A program made the translations under genes and the position numbers. A model generated the notes under the pieces. That model had not been told where the DNA came from. It searched no databases and saw nothing but the letters and a program-made list of their open reading frames with translations. Below, in pieces: positions 1 to 12,798 of a stretch of 64,000 nucleotides of DNA (position 1 is the first letter of the stretch; each line of letters begins with the position of its first letter). Source of the stretch: Octopus bimaculoides. Taxonomy: Eukaryota. The DNA lies in assembly GCF_001194135.2 (NCBI RefSeq), contig NC_068988.1, forward strand, positions 68,302,053-68,366,052, given 5' to 3'.

Positions 1-584
1 GACACCGAGTTTTCAAGCGAGCTCCATGCAAAATCAGATGAAACAAAGCCATGCAAAAATACACAGTGTCAGGCAGGCACATTCACACTCACACACACAG
101 ACACACAGACACACAAACACACAAACACACATATAAGCACAGAGACAGAGACAAACTCCGGCTACCATTTTAATGCAAAAAGAATTGGTCAAACATTGTC
201 TCTATTACAACTCGCAAGTTACCACTCAGTGGAATTAAAACCGAACAGGTGGGGACTGACCGATTTATAAACGACCTTAGCTTGAACGTTTGTCTGTATA
301 CATACGACAAGTCCTCAAAGCTTTTCACAAAATAGCAGTTTCCTGCAATATTGGTGGACGTGTGATAATCGTGTCCATTAATAACGATTCTCATATGGCT
401 AAGTTCGACAAATGTGAATTGTATAACACACACTCTCATATATATATACCCCCCCCCCCACAAACACACACAAACATATATTTTTTTATTTGTTTCAGCC
501 ATTTGACTGCGACCATGTTAGAGCGCCTAATGCTACCTCATAGCAGTGTTTTGCCCTATGCTTGATGTTTTCAGTTCTATTATA

Positions 585-720
585 TCGAGGCCGACTTTAC
601 CTTTCATTCTTTCTGGGTCAGTGCAATGAATATCACGTGTGTTGCTCTCGCTGATATCGAGCCCACGCCCAAAAAATTCAGGACTTCTTCCTATGGTAGA
701 AAGATTATTATTATTATTAT
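585..720 (+). mobile_element. 3' part of SINE family A with (ATT)n tail
   Basis: gaggccgactttacctttcattctttc and aaattcaggacttcttcctatggtagaaagattattatt match the core and tail of the complete copy at 14173-14369. Confidence 0.65.
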
Positions 721-1885
721 GTTGTTTTTTTTCTTCTTTCTTCAAATTTTCTTACATTTCTCGCCGAGTGTTTTCCGTACACCTAGGGCAGAGAAACTCG
801 TTGTATGCATTCCCAGTTTACACACGCAAATTCACAGGTAAAACGTGTATTTAAGAAAAAAAAAATCATGAATGGATGTTGTTTTCACAGCGATAATGCT
901 CTTCTCAGTACATGAGTCGTTCCAGTTAGCACGATTTTTTGCACTTCCTGTAGGGATGGTAAGCCTGGTAACATTTTCAAATAAGTTTCAGTACCTTTTT
1001 TTATCATTCCTAGAGACCCTACAATCACTGGTATGGTAGTCGTCTTGAGGTGCCACATTTTTTTCAATTTCTATTAGCAAGTCTTTATATTTACTGATCC
1101 TGTCAAATTCTTTCGCCGCTATATTATGATCAGAGGGAATACTCATGTCAATTAATAAACACGTCTTCTTTGTCTGTTTTTGTATAATAATATCCGGTTT
1201 ATTAGCTTTTATAGCCTTATCAGTATGTACGGGGAAGTCCCAGAGAATCGATACATTTTCTTCCTCAGTTACAGCTTCAGGATGGTGTTTATACCATTTG
1301 TCAGCGGTTTTGATTTTATAATGCTGACATATTGTCCAGTGTAAATACTGGCCAACTCTGTCATATCTTGTTTTATATCCTACAGATGCTAAGACTCTAC
1401 ACCCTGAGATTAGGTGGTCTATAGTTTAAATCGCATCGTTATAAAATCGGCATTTTGGGTCAGCTCCATTTTTTATCACATTGGCTTGGTAGTTCCGGGT
1501 CAATAAGCTTTGGTCTTGAGCAGCCAGTATGAAACCTTCACTCTCTGCTTTTAGCCCTGAACTTCGTAACCACTGATGCGTGCGTTTCTGGTCGACATCA
1601 GCTTGTTTGCCATGCAGAGGTTTCTGTTCCCATCTACTAGCTAATTTTTCATGTGCTTTTGTCTTTGCAATTAATTTTATTTTCTTTGCAGCAAAAGTTG
1701 GCGCATTTCCTTCAACATGATCAAGCTGGTGGGTATCTAAGAGTTCGGTAGCGAATTTTTTGCTCTCTTTCAGAATAGAGTGAAGTTTTTTCGGTCTTTC
1801 ATGTTTTTCAACAAGTTTCAGCATCCAATCGTTGGTTGTTTCAAGGTATTTGGCCAGTCCGATTGTGGTGGTTTTATACGTAAGT
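721..1885 (-). mobile_element. R4/Dong-like non-LTR retrotransposon (RLE type), 3' portion, inactivated
   Basis: The minus strand reads ...WEQKPLHG...QWLRSSGLKAESEGFILAAQDQSLLTRNY...DPKCRFYNDAI*TIDHLISGC (zinc knuckle)...KPDIIIQK...CLLIDMSIPSD...KEFDRISKYKDL (PD-(D/E)xK endonuclease)...IPVIVGSLG...LTGTTHVLRRALSL*. It has one in-frame stop (1426-1428) and a +1 frameshift in an A7 run (about 1058-1064). The 3' UTR ends at (TAA)n 704-720 and the 5' side runs into the gap at 1886. Confidence 0.9.
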
Positions 1886-2860
1886 NNNNNNNNNNNNNNN
1901 NNNNNNNNNNNNNNNNNNNNNNNNNNNNNNNNNNNNNNNNNNNNNNNNNNNNNNNNNNNNNNNNNNNNNNNNNNNNNNNNNNNNNNNNNNNNNNNNNNNN
2001 NNNNNNNNNNNNNNNNNNNNNNNNNNNNNNNNNNNNNNNNNNNNNNNNNNNNNNNNNNNNNNNNNNNNNNNNNNNNNNNNNNNNNNNNNNNNNNNNNNNN
2101 NNNNNNNNNNNNNNNNNNNNNNNNNNNNNNNNNNNNNNNNNNNNNNNNNNNNNNNNNNNNNNNNNNNNNNNNNNNNNNNNNNNNNNNNNNNNNNNNNNNN
2201 NNNNNNNNNNNNNNNNNNNNNNNNNNNNNNNNNNNNNNNNNNNNNNNNNNNNNNNNNNNNNNNNNNNNNNNNNNNNNNNNNNNNNNNNNNNNNNNNNNNN
2301 NNNNNNNNNNNNNNNNNNNNNNNNNNNNNNNNNNNNNNNNNNNNNNNNNNNNNNNNNNNNNNNNNNNNNNNNNNNNNNNNNNNNNNNNNNNNNNNNNNNN
2401 NNNNNNNNNNNNNNNNNNNNNNNNNNNNNNNNNNNNNNNNNNNNNNNNNNNNNNNNNNNNNNNNNNNNNNNNNNNNNNNNNNNNNNNNNNNNNNNNNNNN
2501 NNNNNNNNNNNNNNNNNNNNNNNNNNNNNNNNNNNNNNNNNNNNNNNNNNNNNNNNNNNNNNNNNNNNNNNNNNNNNNNNNNNNNNNNNNNNNNNNNNNN
2601 NNNNNNNNNNNNNNNNNNNNNNNNNNNNNNNNNNNNNNNNNNNNNNNNNNNNNNNNNNNNNNNNNNNNNNNNNNNNNNNNNNNNNNNNNNNNNNNNNNNN
2701 NNNNNNNNNNNNNNNNNNNNNNNNNNNNNNNNNNNNNNNNNNNNNNNNNNNNNNNNNNNNNNNNNNNNNNNNNNNNNNNNNNNNNNNNNNNNNNNNNNNN
2801 NNNNNNNNNNNNNNNNNNNNNNNNNNNNNNNNNNNNNNNNNNNNNNNNNNNNNNNATATA

Positions 2861-2933
<73 letters not shown>

Positions 2934-3144
2934 ATTCACTTTTATTTCACGATATGTTGCCAATAGATAAAAGAGCCGGTTTCTAACATAGGTGAAAGGA
3001 CATTTCAATTTAATTTCAACATCAACAACAGAGTATCTTCGTTTGCATGTATGTATGTATCTATATATATGTGCAGACTTGTATGTTTTACTTTACGTAT
3101 GTACTTTATGTATGTAGTTGGATATCTAGACATGCTCATGTATA

Positions 3145-4059
3145 TCTATAATACATTAAATGTCCTTTTGAATCTTGCTTACTTGCTGGCAATGTTACTA
3201 AGCCAAACTGGCGTACAAGGGGAAAATACTATGAATTAAGTTTACCCTGAAATGTTACTACGAAGGGAAAGTAACTAGTTTCACGTAAATTGAGATGTTA
3301 GAGATTTTCTGGGTATAAATACTCAAAATGGTGCATGGTGGGGAAGTGTTCCGAAAATAATATTTATCTTGAAAAGGAAGATTCTTTTATCTTTCTATTA
3401 AACAGTGAGTTGATAAAAATATGACTTTTTTTTACAGTAAGTGATTCTATTTTCGCTTTTGTTAAACACTGTTTTAATCATTTCGAAATATTTTTAAGGG
3501 AATGTGATTTCAAAACTATAAGTCCTTTGTACAGTAAGTATTTTAAATTTCGTTAAAGAGAAAATATTTTAATGTTTTATTTTTTCTATGCAAATCGGTA
3601 ATTTTATGTGTACTTCAATGTGCACAGAAGAGTGAAACTTTTTAGAATTATTTACCAAATTATTTTTGGCATATTAGAAAAATATTCTAAATTGAAAATG
3701 ACTTTAGAAATACGGTAAATATTTCATAACTTCAGTGTGAAATAGTTTTTCTTATGGGTTTTTTTCGAATGCGTTCACCTACAAAGATTTGGCTGCTATT
3801 TCTAGCACGCCTTGCTACCACGTAACAGCTATTTGCAATAAAGGACCTGAAATACATGTTACGTGGTAGCAGGGCGTGCAAGAAATAGAAGCCAAATCTT
3901 TCCTTCTCTGGGGAAAGGAAGCGTTTACATTTGATTTTGATGTCACATTCCTTGGAAGCATGCGAAATAACCCGGAAAAGAAAGAAAAACACGAAACAAA
4001 ACATTGTTGCTGGAAAGCTCAAGGTTTCTCGGTGCCCCAACGGGTCACGAGTATTCTAG
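3145..4059 (+). mobile_element. Non-autonomous Helitron (about 915 bp) inserted into the 3' UTR of an RLE LINE
   Basis: It starts A|TCTATAATAC at 3145. It ends with a GC hairpin gtgccccaacgggtcac (4032-4048) 11 nt before the terminal CTAG (4056-4059). There are no TIRs. The flanks gacatgctcatgtata| and |attaaatcataaacttctgg rejoin to match the uninterrupted LINE copy at about 19613-19650 (gacatgctcataaata|tttaaatgataaacttctgg), with no clear target duplication. Confidence 0.72.
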
Positions 4060-4440
4060 ATTAAATCATAAACTTCTGGAAAGTTTTACAGATTTTTACA
4101 GTTTCAGTGATGGATTCGATCTGTGTTCTTCGAATTTGCTTTCTCCTTTCTGGTTCTGATAAGCTTAATTTCTCAAGATTGGTATTTAGGCAGTGTGTGA
4201 CATATCCCAGGGCTTCAATAATTATAGGCATAAACCCGAACTTGTAATCTGGATAGAGTAAGTGCAAAGTTCTCAGAAGTTCAGCGTAGGTGTTCTCTTT
4301 CACACTGATCTTCAGCTTTATGTTTACATGCGCTGGGCAGCTAATTTCTACAACTGTACAGTTTCTCTTCTCTATCCCAAATCATTATATCAGGTCTGTT
4401 GTGCTTACATTATATTGACGCCTTCACTGGGACATTCCAT
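4060..4440 (-). mobile_element. RLE-type LINE family 2, 5'-truncated 3' end (its 3' UTR continues at about 3115-3144 beyond the Helitron)
   Basis: The minus strand reads ..WNVPVK..RPDIMI..DREEKLYSCRN/..SEKENTYAELLRTLHLLYPDYKFGFMPIIIEALGYV..ICKTFQKFMI*. It is clearly homologous to 19630-20082. Confidence 0.8.
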
Positions 4441-5667
4441 GAATGTGTATATGCGTATATGTACGTATTTATGTGTGTGTATGTATATATGTATGACTGT
4501 AGTGTTGATCCATTCCTGCGGTGCCAGCAACAAAGGATGCTGCTGTAAATGGGACATAACTAAAACGAACAAACATTAAATGGATAGACATGCAACACAA
4601 AAGTGGACATACAGATATGAATAAATGTGGTTCAAGACTGGACCATTAGTAAACTGTGGAGAGGACAAGGACGCAATAAATAAATAGAATACAACCTTTG
4701 GGACAGAGACGAGAGTTTGGTATATATATATATANNNNNNNNNNNNNNNNNNNNNNNNNNNNNNNNNNNNNNNNNNNNNNNNNNNNNNNNNNNNNNNNNN
4801 NNNNNNNNNNNNNNNNNNNNNNNNNNNNNNNNNNNNNNNNNNNNNNNNNNNNNNNNNNNNNNNNNNNNNNNNNNNNNNNNNNNNNNNNNNNNNNNNNNNN
4901 NNNNNNNNNNNNNNNNNNNNNNNNNNNNNNNNNNNNNNNNNNNNNNNNNNNNNNNNNNNNNNNNNNNNNNNNNNNNNNNNNNNNNNNNNNNNNNNNNNNN
5001 NNNNNNNNNNNNNNNNNNNNNNNNNNNNNNNNNNNNNNNNNNNNNNNNNNNNNNNNNNNNNNNNNNNNNNNNNNNNNNNNNNNNNNNNNNNNNNNNNNNN
5101 NNNNNNNNNNNNNNNNNNNNNNNNNNNNNNNNNNNNNNNNNNNNNNNNNNNNNNNNNNNNNNNNNNNNNNNNNNNNNNNNNNNNNNNNNNNNNNNNNNNN
5201 NNNNNNNNNNNNNNNNNNNNNNNNNNNNNNNNNNNNNNNNNNNNNNNNNNNNNNNNNNNNNNNNNNNNNNNNNNNNNNNNNNNNNNNNNNNNNNNNNNNN
5301 NNNNNNNNNNNNNNNNNNNNNNNNNNNNNNNNNNNNNNNNNNNNNNNNNNNNNNNNNNNNNNNNNNNNNNNNNNNNNNNNNNNNNNNNNNNNNNNNNNNN
5401 NNNNNNNNNNNNNNNNNNNNNNNNNNNNNNNNNNNNNNNNNNNNNNNNNNNNNNNNNNNNNNNNNNNNNNNNNNNNNNNNNNNNNNNNNNNNNNNNNNNN
5501 NNNNNNNNNNNNNNNNNNNNNNNNNNNNNNNNNNNNNNNNNNNNNNNNNNNNNNNNNNNNNNNNNNNNNNNNNNNNNNNNNNNNNNNNNNNNNNNNNNNN
5601 NNNNNNNNNNNNNNNNNNNNNNNNNNNNNNNNNNNNNNNNNNNNNNNNNNNNNNNNNNNNNNNNNNN

Positions 5668-5699
<32 letters not shown>

Positions 5700-8600
5700 A
5701 TGTGTGTGTGTGTGTGTATGTGTGTGTGTGTGTGTATGTGTGTGTGTGTGTGTGTGTGTGCGTATGTGAGTGTGTGTGCGCGTGTGTTAGTATACCTAAA
5801 TTAAAATATACGAATCCACTCCCGCAGCCGAAACTCCACCTGAGTTACCTTACACTCTCACATGTTGTATTTTCTTATTTCTGAACATTGCAATATATGT
5901 TGAAGAGAGTCATGATAAACTATGCACTAATATGTGATGAAACTGGAAATGAAATAAATTTCCATAACAATGAGCAGGATTTGGATACTATGCATTTTGG
6001 AAGCCTGCCAAATATGATAACTTCAGTTACGTATTAATACAGTCAAGAGAAAATGTGATATCTAGATAATTAGACATTTGGAAAATTCATGTTTCCATTT
6101 GTGATTCTGGCGATTCTCTATTTCTTTTGTTTGATGATACTTTCGAGAAATAATGAAACTTTCACGATTTAGACTAATGTATACGTGTTTTATGTAAAAC
6201 TTTGTAACAAATTTAGTCTTTTTTTAATTGTAAATGTCAATGCTCTATATGAAAGTAATTTTGAAATATACAATTCCTTCAATATAATACTATAATTAGA
6301 AATATATAGATGAATACCTAAATAAATCAAAGCACTTAATGGTTGTTTTGGGTTTATGCTTTGTTGAAGTATTGGTAGGACTCAAAATATTTTTACAATT
6401 TCAACCAGGCCAACAAAATGGTACTCTTTTGAGAGAAAAGATTCGGCATAAATTATTACAACTGATTGACTCCGCACAATGTAACCAGGGGTGATCTAGT
6501 GGTGTTAAATCGGGTGATGCAGATTAGGCCCAAATATTTGTTGATTTTTTTTTTAACAGACTTTTTCTTTTCAATATAGTTTATGCTCCTGGCATTTAAA
6601 TTAAGATTTGATATGAAAAAAATATTTTGATATTACTAAATCAATACACTAATACATATCGGATAGATATGCAACAGTTTGAAATTTAGTTTTAATTATG
6701 ACCATCTCCAATAATTTATAAAAAAATGTGTTTTTGCTAACGTTTATTTATGAATTGATGTAGTTTGCGAATTCTTTAGACTTTTATAAATGAAACACTA
6801 GCAAAATAGTATTCGTTTAAATTTATAAGCTAAACCTGATGGGCGATATACCTGAATGTTTATATTTAATCAATCTAGTTAATTCTAGAGGTACCTGTTG
6901 TATTGATGACACTGAAATGAGTAACAAAGCTGATCACATTGAAATTTCACTTCGTACTGTGAATAATGACAAAGACAAAATAGAGGCAACCTTTACGTAT
7001 TGATTACACCAACTAACAGAGGCATCTATATCAATTCTTCAAAAACATTCATCTTCATTCCGAAGGTTATGTTGGAAAATGGAGTCATGGAAACAATAAC
7101 TTATAGTAAGATTAAATTGTCATGGGAGGAACGCCTTTATTCATAGATATTCTTCGTTAGAAACGAAGTGGATTTACACTATATTAATCAATTAACCGCT
7201 CCAAAATTGCTGTGTTGGACATAGCAGAATATATAAATGATTGTTCTCTTCAAAAAGGTTATAGACGTGAATAAAAATCTCTTAGCTTACTCTACCGTTT
7301 ATATTAATTCTTACTTTCCTCTCATATTTTCATGCAGCAGATTTTTTTTGAATTATCATTTTAAATATATCTGAACCGTGTCAGACAATAGGATAAATGG
7401 TTATCCAAACAACATTATAGTCCTACCAATATAAATGACTATCTTCATGTCTGTAAGAAACAGAGATAACTATTTGGTGAAACAGAAGAAAGCAGTGCAA
7501 TAGTGCCGTATAATTTGAGAAGAATATTTACTAGGTTACTCCGATTTTTTTCCTCCTTGTTTTCGTATATATCTGCTTGCTTTCTTCCAAAGAATCCAGT
7601 GCTTTTAGATTAGAGCAATCTCGAGAGTAATCGGCCGAAACTGCAAACACGATCTGGTACTCGGCTGAAGATTGAAAGTTCAGTATGACACGTCGTTGGC
7701 TTTTCCTGTTCTTTTTTGTATCATTTAACTGTTCGAACGTTTTGTTGATGCCTGTTACGTTATTGTTCCATGTTTTATTTTCTTTTTATATATGTGTGTA
7801 TATATATANNNNNNNNNNNNNNNNNNNNNNNNNNNNNNNNNNNNNNNNNNNNNNNNNNNNNNNNNNNNNNNNNNNNNNNNNNNNNNNNNNNNNNNNNNNN
7901 NNNNNNNNNNNNNNNNNNNNNNNNNNNNNNNNNNNNNNNNNNNNNNNNNNNNNNNNNNNNNNNNNNNNNNNNNNNNNNNNNNNNNNNNNNNNNNNNNNNN
8001 NNNNNNNNNNNNNNNNNNNNNNNNNNNNNNNNNNNNNNNNNNNNNNNNNNNNNNNNNNNNNNNNNNNNNNNNNNNNNNNNNNNNNNNNNNNNNNNNNNNN
8101 NNNNNNNNNNNNNNNNNNNNNNNNNNNNNNNNNNNNNNNNNNNNNNNNNNNNNNNNNNNNNNNNNNNNNNNNNNNNNNNNNNNNNNNNNNNNNNNNNNNN
8201 NNNNNNNNNNNNNNNNNNNNNNNNNNNNNNNNNNNNNNNNNNNNNNNNNNNNNNNNNNNNNNNNNNNNNNNNNNNNNNNNNNNNNNNNNNNNNNNNNNNN
8301 NNNNNNNNNNNNNNNNNNNNNNNNNNNNNNNNNNNNNNNNNNNNNNNNNNNNNNNNNNNNNNNNNNNNNNNNNNNNNNNNNNNNNNNNNNNNNNNNNNNN
8401 NNNNNNNNNNNNNNNNNNNNNNNNNNNNNNNNNNNNNNNNNNNNNNNNNNNNNNNNNNNNNNNNNNNNNNNNNNNNNNNNNNNNNNNNNNNNNNNNNNNN
8501 NNNNNNNNNNNNNNNNCTACCTACTCACATACATGCATAGATAATGTTTCCGGCATTACAAATCTCAAGAACTATGGTGATCTTGGAGAAAAAGGTTATT

Positions 8601-9000
8601 GCAGATTTAATGTTTCCTATATTACCTAAGCACTTTGAATATATTCCATTCGAAACGCTTGAATTCTGAATACATAAATATCACGCTAAACATCATTGAT
8701 TTATAGGCGCTTCTGCGCCTCAGTACTACAGGCCAGAGAGTACACAAAAGGCATATTTCACCGTAGTCTTATTCCCTTCGACATTCAACGCATTGAAACG
8801 CCACTATAACATTGGTTTAGCAAATACTTGACAGACATCTTTATTCTCCATATAATTAATAGATTAATCGATTATTTGAGTGTGTGCAATTTCGAGAAAC
8901 AGTAATGTTACTATTCAAACGTTTGGCAACACACATAATCATATATGTTTACAATTCTCTGTGTGCGGTGTCTATCTATCTATNNNNNNNNNNTATATAT

Positions 9001-9043
<43 letters not shown>

Positions 9044-9465
9044 ATTACACTACAAATATCACAGACACCGGTAAACGGAGACGTTGACGAGCGATTTTAT
9101 ATGTGCGTTTGTGCAAAGAAAACGTAAACGACAATCGGTTGATGCAGAAATATATTTTACACAGATTATGAGAATTGTATGAGAAAATATACAATTCCTT
9201 CGCACAATCCACGTGAGCATTTTTCGTTAATCATTTAAATTAGCCACGTTTAAATTTCATTAAATCTTGTCGTGTCAAAAACCATTAGAGATAACTAAAT
9301 ATAATTGTCTCTAGCAAAAAACATATTGCTAATTACTTTATTATTCATGGGGTGATTAACATGGCAAAATGAACGAATATATACAGATTTATTATATCTT
9401 TTACATTATAGATATTTCCACATTATCTAATCGGTTTCCTATATTTCTCTTTTCTCACTCTATCA

Positions 9466-9520
<55 letters not shown>

Positions 9521-9545
9521 AACACTCACACACAAACAAACACAT
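9466..9545. repeat. (CA)n microsatellite
   Basis: Direct reading. Confidence 0.95.
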
Positions 9546-10036
9546 ATAATTACGCTTAGCCATAGCCATGCTTGTGACCAGTTGTTAAAACAGTAAATAT
9601 ACAAAAAAACTTAGTACACAATATTACCAAGCTCCGTCGGAGTTTCGTTATGCTGTGCATGCATATTTTATTAAATGAGTTTAATTGGGCCAATGACATT
9701 AAAGATAATAAAAGTAATTGATGCAATATTATTTGTCTGATAAAACAGTGCGCACATTATACATACGTAAACGCATACATACGTGCATACATATACACAT
9801 ACAAATATTGAATCGATGAATATTATAGCATGAATCACGTTTAATGGTTGTAATGTTATTTAGAATTACCAATTAAACTAATTCAATATAAGTACGCACA
9901 GTTTTTTTTATCAAATATGAAGCATAATAAATAAAATCTAATCTTGCCCCCCACCCCGCACACACATTAAACAAAACATTATTTTCTACTCTAGGCACAA
10001 GGCCTGAGAATTTTGAATAGGTGGAGNNNNNNNNNN

Positions 10037-10105
<69 letters not shown>

Positions 10106-11845
10106 CGTGACTAAACGGTTCGTGGTGCTATTCTTTGATTGTCTTCGTTGTGAATCAAATTCCTGTTGAGTTGAACTTCCTCTTTTATACTTTCACGTTT
10201 GATAAAATACATTTACAATCCCTGGCATTGGGACTGGCGAATTGACTAGAACGTCAAATAACTACCTTAGGCCATGTGTCCCGGCGCTTTGCTCACTAAG
10301 TTTTATGTAGCAAACTTAATCTGGAAGTGGTTTTATCAAACTATTATGATCCTCAGTGCTTCATACAAATTTCATTTTATTTAAGATTAGCTAAATGTTC
10401 TCACACATGTACTTTCTGCGCGTCTAGTTATTGCAAAAAAAAAAAACATACGTTACATAACATAATACTGAAAACAGAAGTCATTACATTTAAGACAAGA
10501 TAAACCTTTATTTATCCTGTCTTATTTTCCATTTCTAAATTTCCTTCAATACTGCCGACCCAGAAAACTGAGGTTTATATAGTCAGGACATACTTTAAAG
10601 ATTTGCTGTATATTAACACGTTTCGTTTTTGGATATTCAACAATATGTTCATCACTATGGATTCTTCAAATGATCAAATTTGGCACACATCCTACCATAT
10701 AAATTTTGACTTTGCTGCATATCACGTAATAGTTTGTGGGTGCAGAACACATCATCATATGCACAGATTCATATTGATACAGAATTTAAAAGCAATTCAA
10801 ATTAAATAAGACTTTAAAATAGTTTCTACCTGAGAATATTTTGGCCCCAAATGACCAGTTCAGGTCACGTGTGTGTGATAGTTATCTTTTATTACATGTT
10901 CCACGTGTTTTAGCACAAAAAGGACATTAGACACGGTCGGCATTCTGTTGACATTTTAGGGACATGTGTTGTCACGTGGCTAGTTAGTATGTTTGGTATC
11001 GTCAGATTATAAACAGTTTGCTTGACAAGAAATGCTGCCAGATGATAGCAGGTTCTAGTCTCACTTCGGGCAATATGTAAACATCTACCCTCCTATTTAG
11101 CATAGCTCAGTTAGACCTGCGTTAGGAGATTGTTAAAATGTACACATCTCCAAAGTTCGGCTCTGTAGAAGCATGTTGACCATGAAAGCACGGCACGAGC
11201 TATTTGAACGATCACGCTATGAATAACTTCAGGAATAGTTTTATACATTTAAAATCATTTTAGACTAGCTAAATCTATCAACCCAAATCAACAACGTTTG
11301 ATGTCCTTGCCGTACCTATAGACCTCAAGACAGGCTAGTGCGTGACAATATGTATGCCAAACGAATAAAGTATATACATCCCTAGACACTAGAAGTAGCC
11401 TCACACACCCAGTCGTAAAGAGAAAACTATTCGCCGATATTAGTAGATCACATATTTAATTTCCTGCTACTCCTAGAGAGTGAACTATCTACTATCACAT
11501 GGTAGCCATGCTAGTCACACAAACTGATTTATAATTCATGGCAAAAGAATGGCTACGACTCATTGTGATAAACGTTGTCATTGAAATGTTAGAAGACGGG
11601 TGAGGATGAAATACTGTCACCACTGATACGTACATCATATAATGAAAGAACTAGTGTCACTAGATACACATAATATCCACATGTCCAGGAATATTGAAAG
11701 CTTAAGTGTCTGAAATATAAGCAACACTTCAATGCATATGTCTCGATCACATGAGTTCCTCTAATGTAGTGGCGAAGGAATCCGTTATTAAATAGTTATC
11801 AATACAAAGTAGTGTGTTGAGCACTATATATATGCACACATTCAT

Positions 11846-11889
11846 ATGTATGTATGTATGTATGTATGGGTGTGTGTGGATGTTTGTAA

Positions 11890-11927
<38 letters not shown>

Positions 11928-11953
11928 ACACCCACACACACACACACACACAT

Positions 11954-11999
<46 letters not shown>

Positions 12000-12045
12000 G
12001 CATATACACAACTATATATGCATATGTGTGTGTGTGTGAGAGAGA
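11846..12045. repeat. Compound (TATG)n/(TA)n/(CA)n/(TA)n/(TG)n microsatellite
   Basis: Direct reading. Confidence 0.95.
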
Positions 12046-12599
12046 TAAGTGGGCATATATATAAAATCAGTTGAAAACCGTGAAGTGTTTTGGACAGTTG
12101 TCACTTCAGTTTTAGAACTGCTTGTTGTCTATGTTTACCGCTCAAAGTATTAATCTTCTGAAATTCAAATAGTGTGTTTATCAAGGTTTGACATCTGACA
12201 CTTTCACAAATCTGGAAGGATTTCTTAAATTAAAGGTCACACTCTTCTAACTAAATCTATCTTTAGTGACCAACTAATACCACTCAAACAGTGCAAGTCA
12301 GAAAATTATGTTCAAATTTACATTTTAAAATATACGTACGAACAAGTATATGTGCACACATACACATGTGTATGTGACTATGTGACTATGTGTCACTATG
12401 CATATGTTATTATTTACTACGCTTGTATACGTATGCATACACACACATACACACACACTCACACACACACACACATATACATATAAGGATACACATATAT
12501 ATATATATAAATACACACACATATATAGACATACATACACATATGCATATGCATATGCATATGTTTATATATATGTTCATATTTATATATCATATGTAG

Positions 12600-12647
12600 A
12601 AAGATAGAGAGATAGTTAGATGGGTGGATGGATAGATAGATAGATTT

Positions 12648-12691
<44 letters not shown>

Positions 12692-12744
12692 ATAGACAGA
12701 TTGATGGATAGATAGATAGAGAGAGAGAGAGGGAGAGAGAGAGA

Positions 12745-12795
<51 letters not shown>
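12600..12795. repeat. (GATA)n followed by a (GA)n polypurine tract
   Basis: Direct reading. Confidence 0.95.

Positions 12796-12798
<3 letters not shown>

Noticed and set aside
3155-4066. Apparent ATTAAAT/TTAA target duplication suggesting a piggyBac insertion
   Set aside because: There are no TIRs, and Helitron termini (TC start at 3145, hairpin plus CTAG end) fit the empty site better.
5897-6037. 46-codon frame NYALICDETGNEINFHNNEQDL resembling the hAT motif SLIxDETxD..EQL
   Set aside because: It is a single short motif with no TIRs or further transposase blocks, so it cannot be distinguished from chance or an unrecognised exon.
6891-7003. Frame CCIDDTEMSNKADHIEISLRTVN..IEATF, also weakly hAT-like or exon-like
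   Set aside because: The acceptor and donor are weak and the similarity is only impressionistic.
7600-7650. ccgaaac preceded by a possible decayed hammerhead core
   Set aside because: No CUGANGA is present in this copy.
1780-8629. Long ORFs of 250-396 aa in the track, and similar ones at 15262-15745, 31558-32067, 36518-37300, 59124-59561 and 60194-60639
   Set aside because: They consist of N-gaps translated as X plus (TA)/(TG) repeats and carry no coding information.
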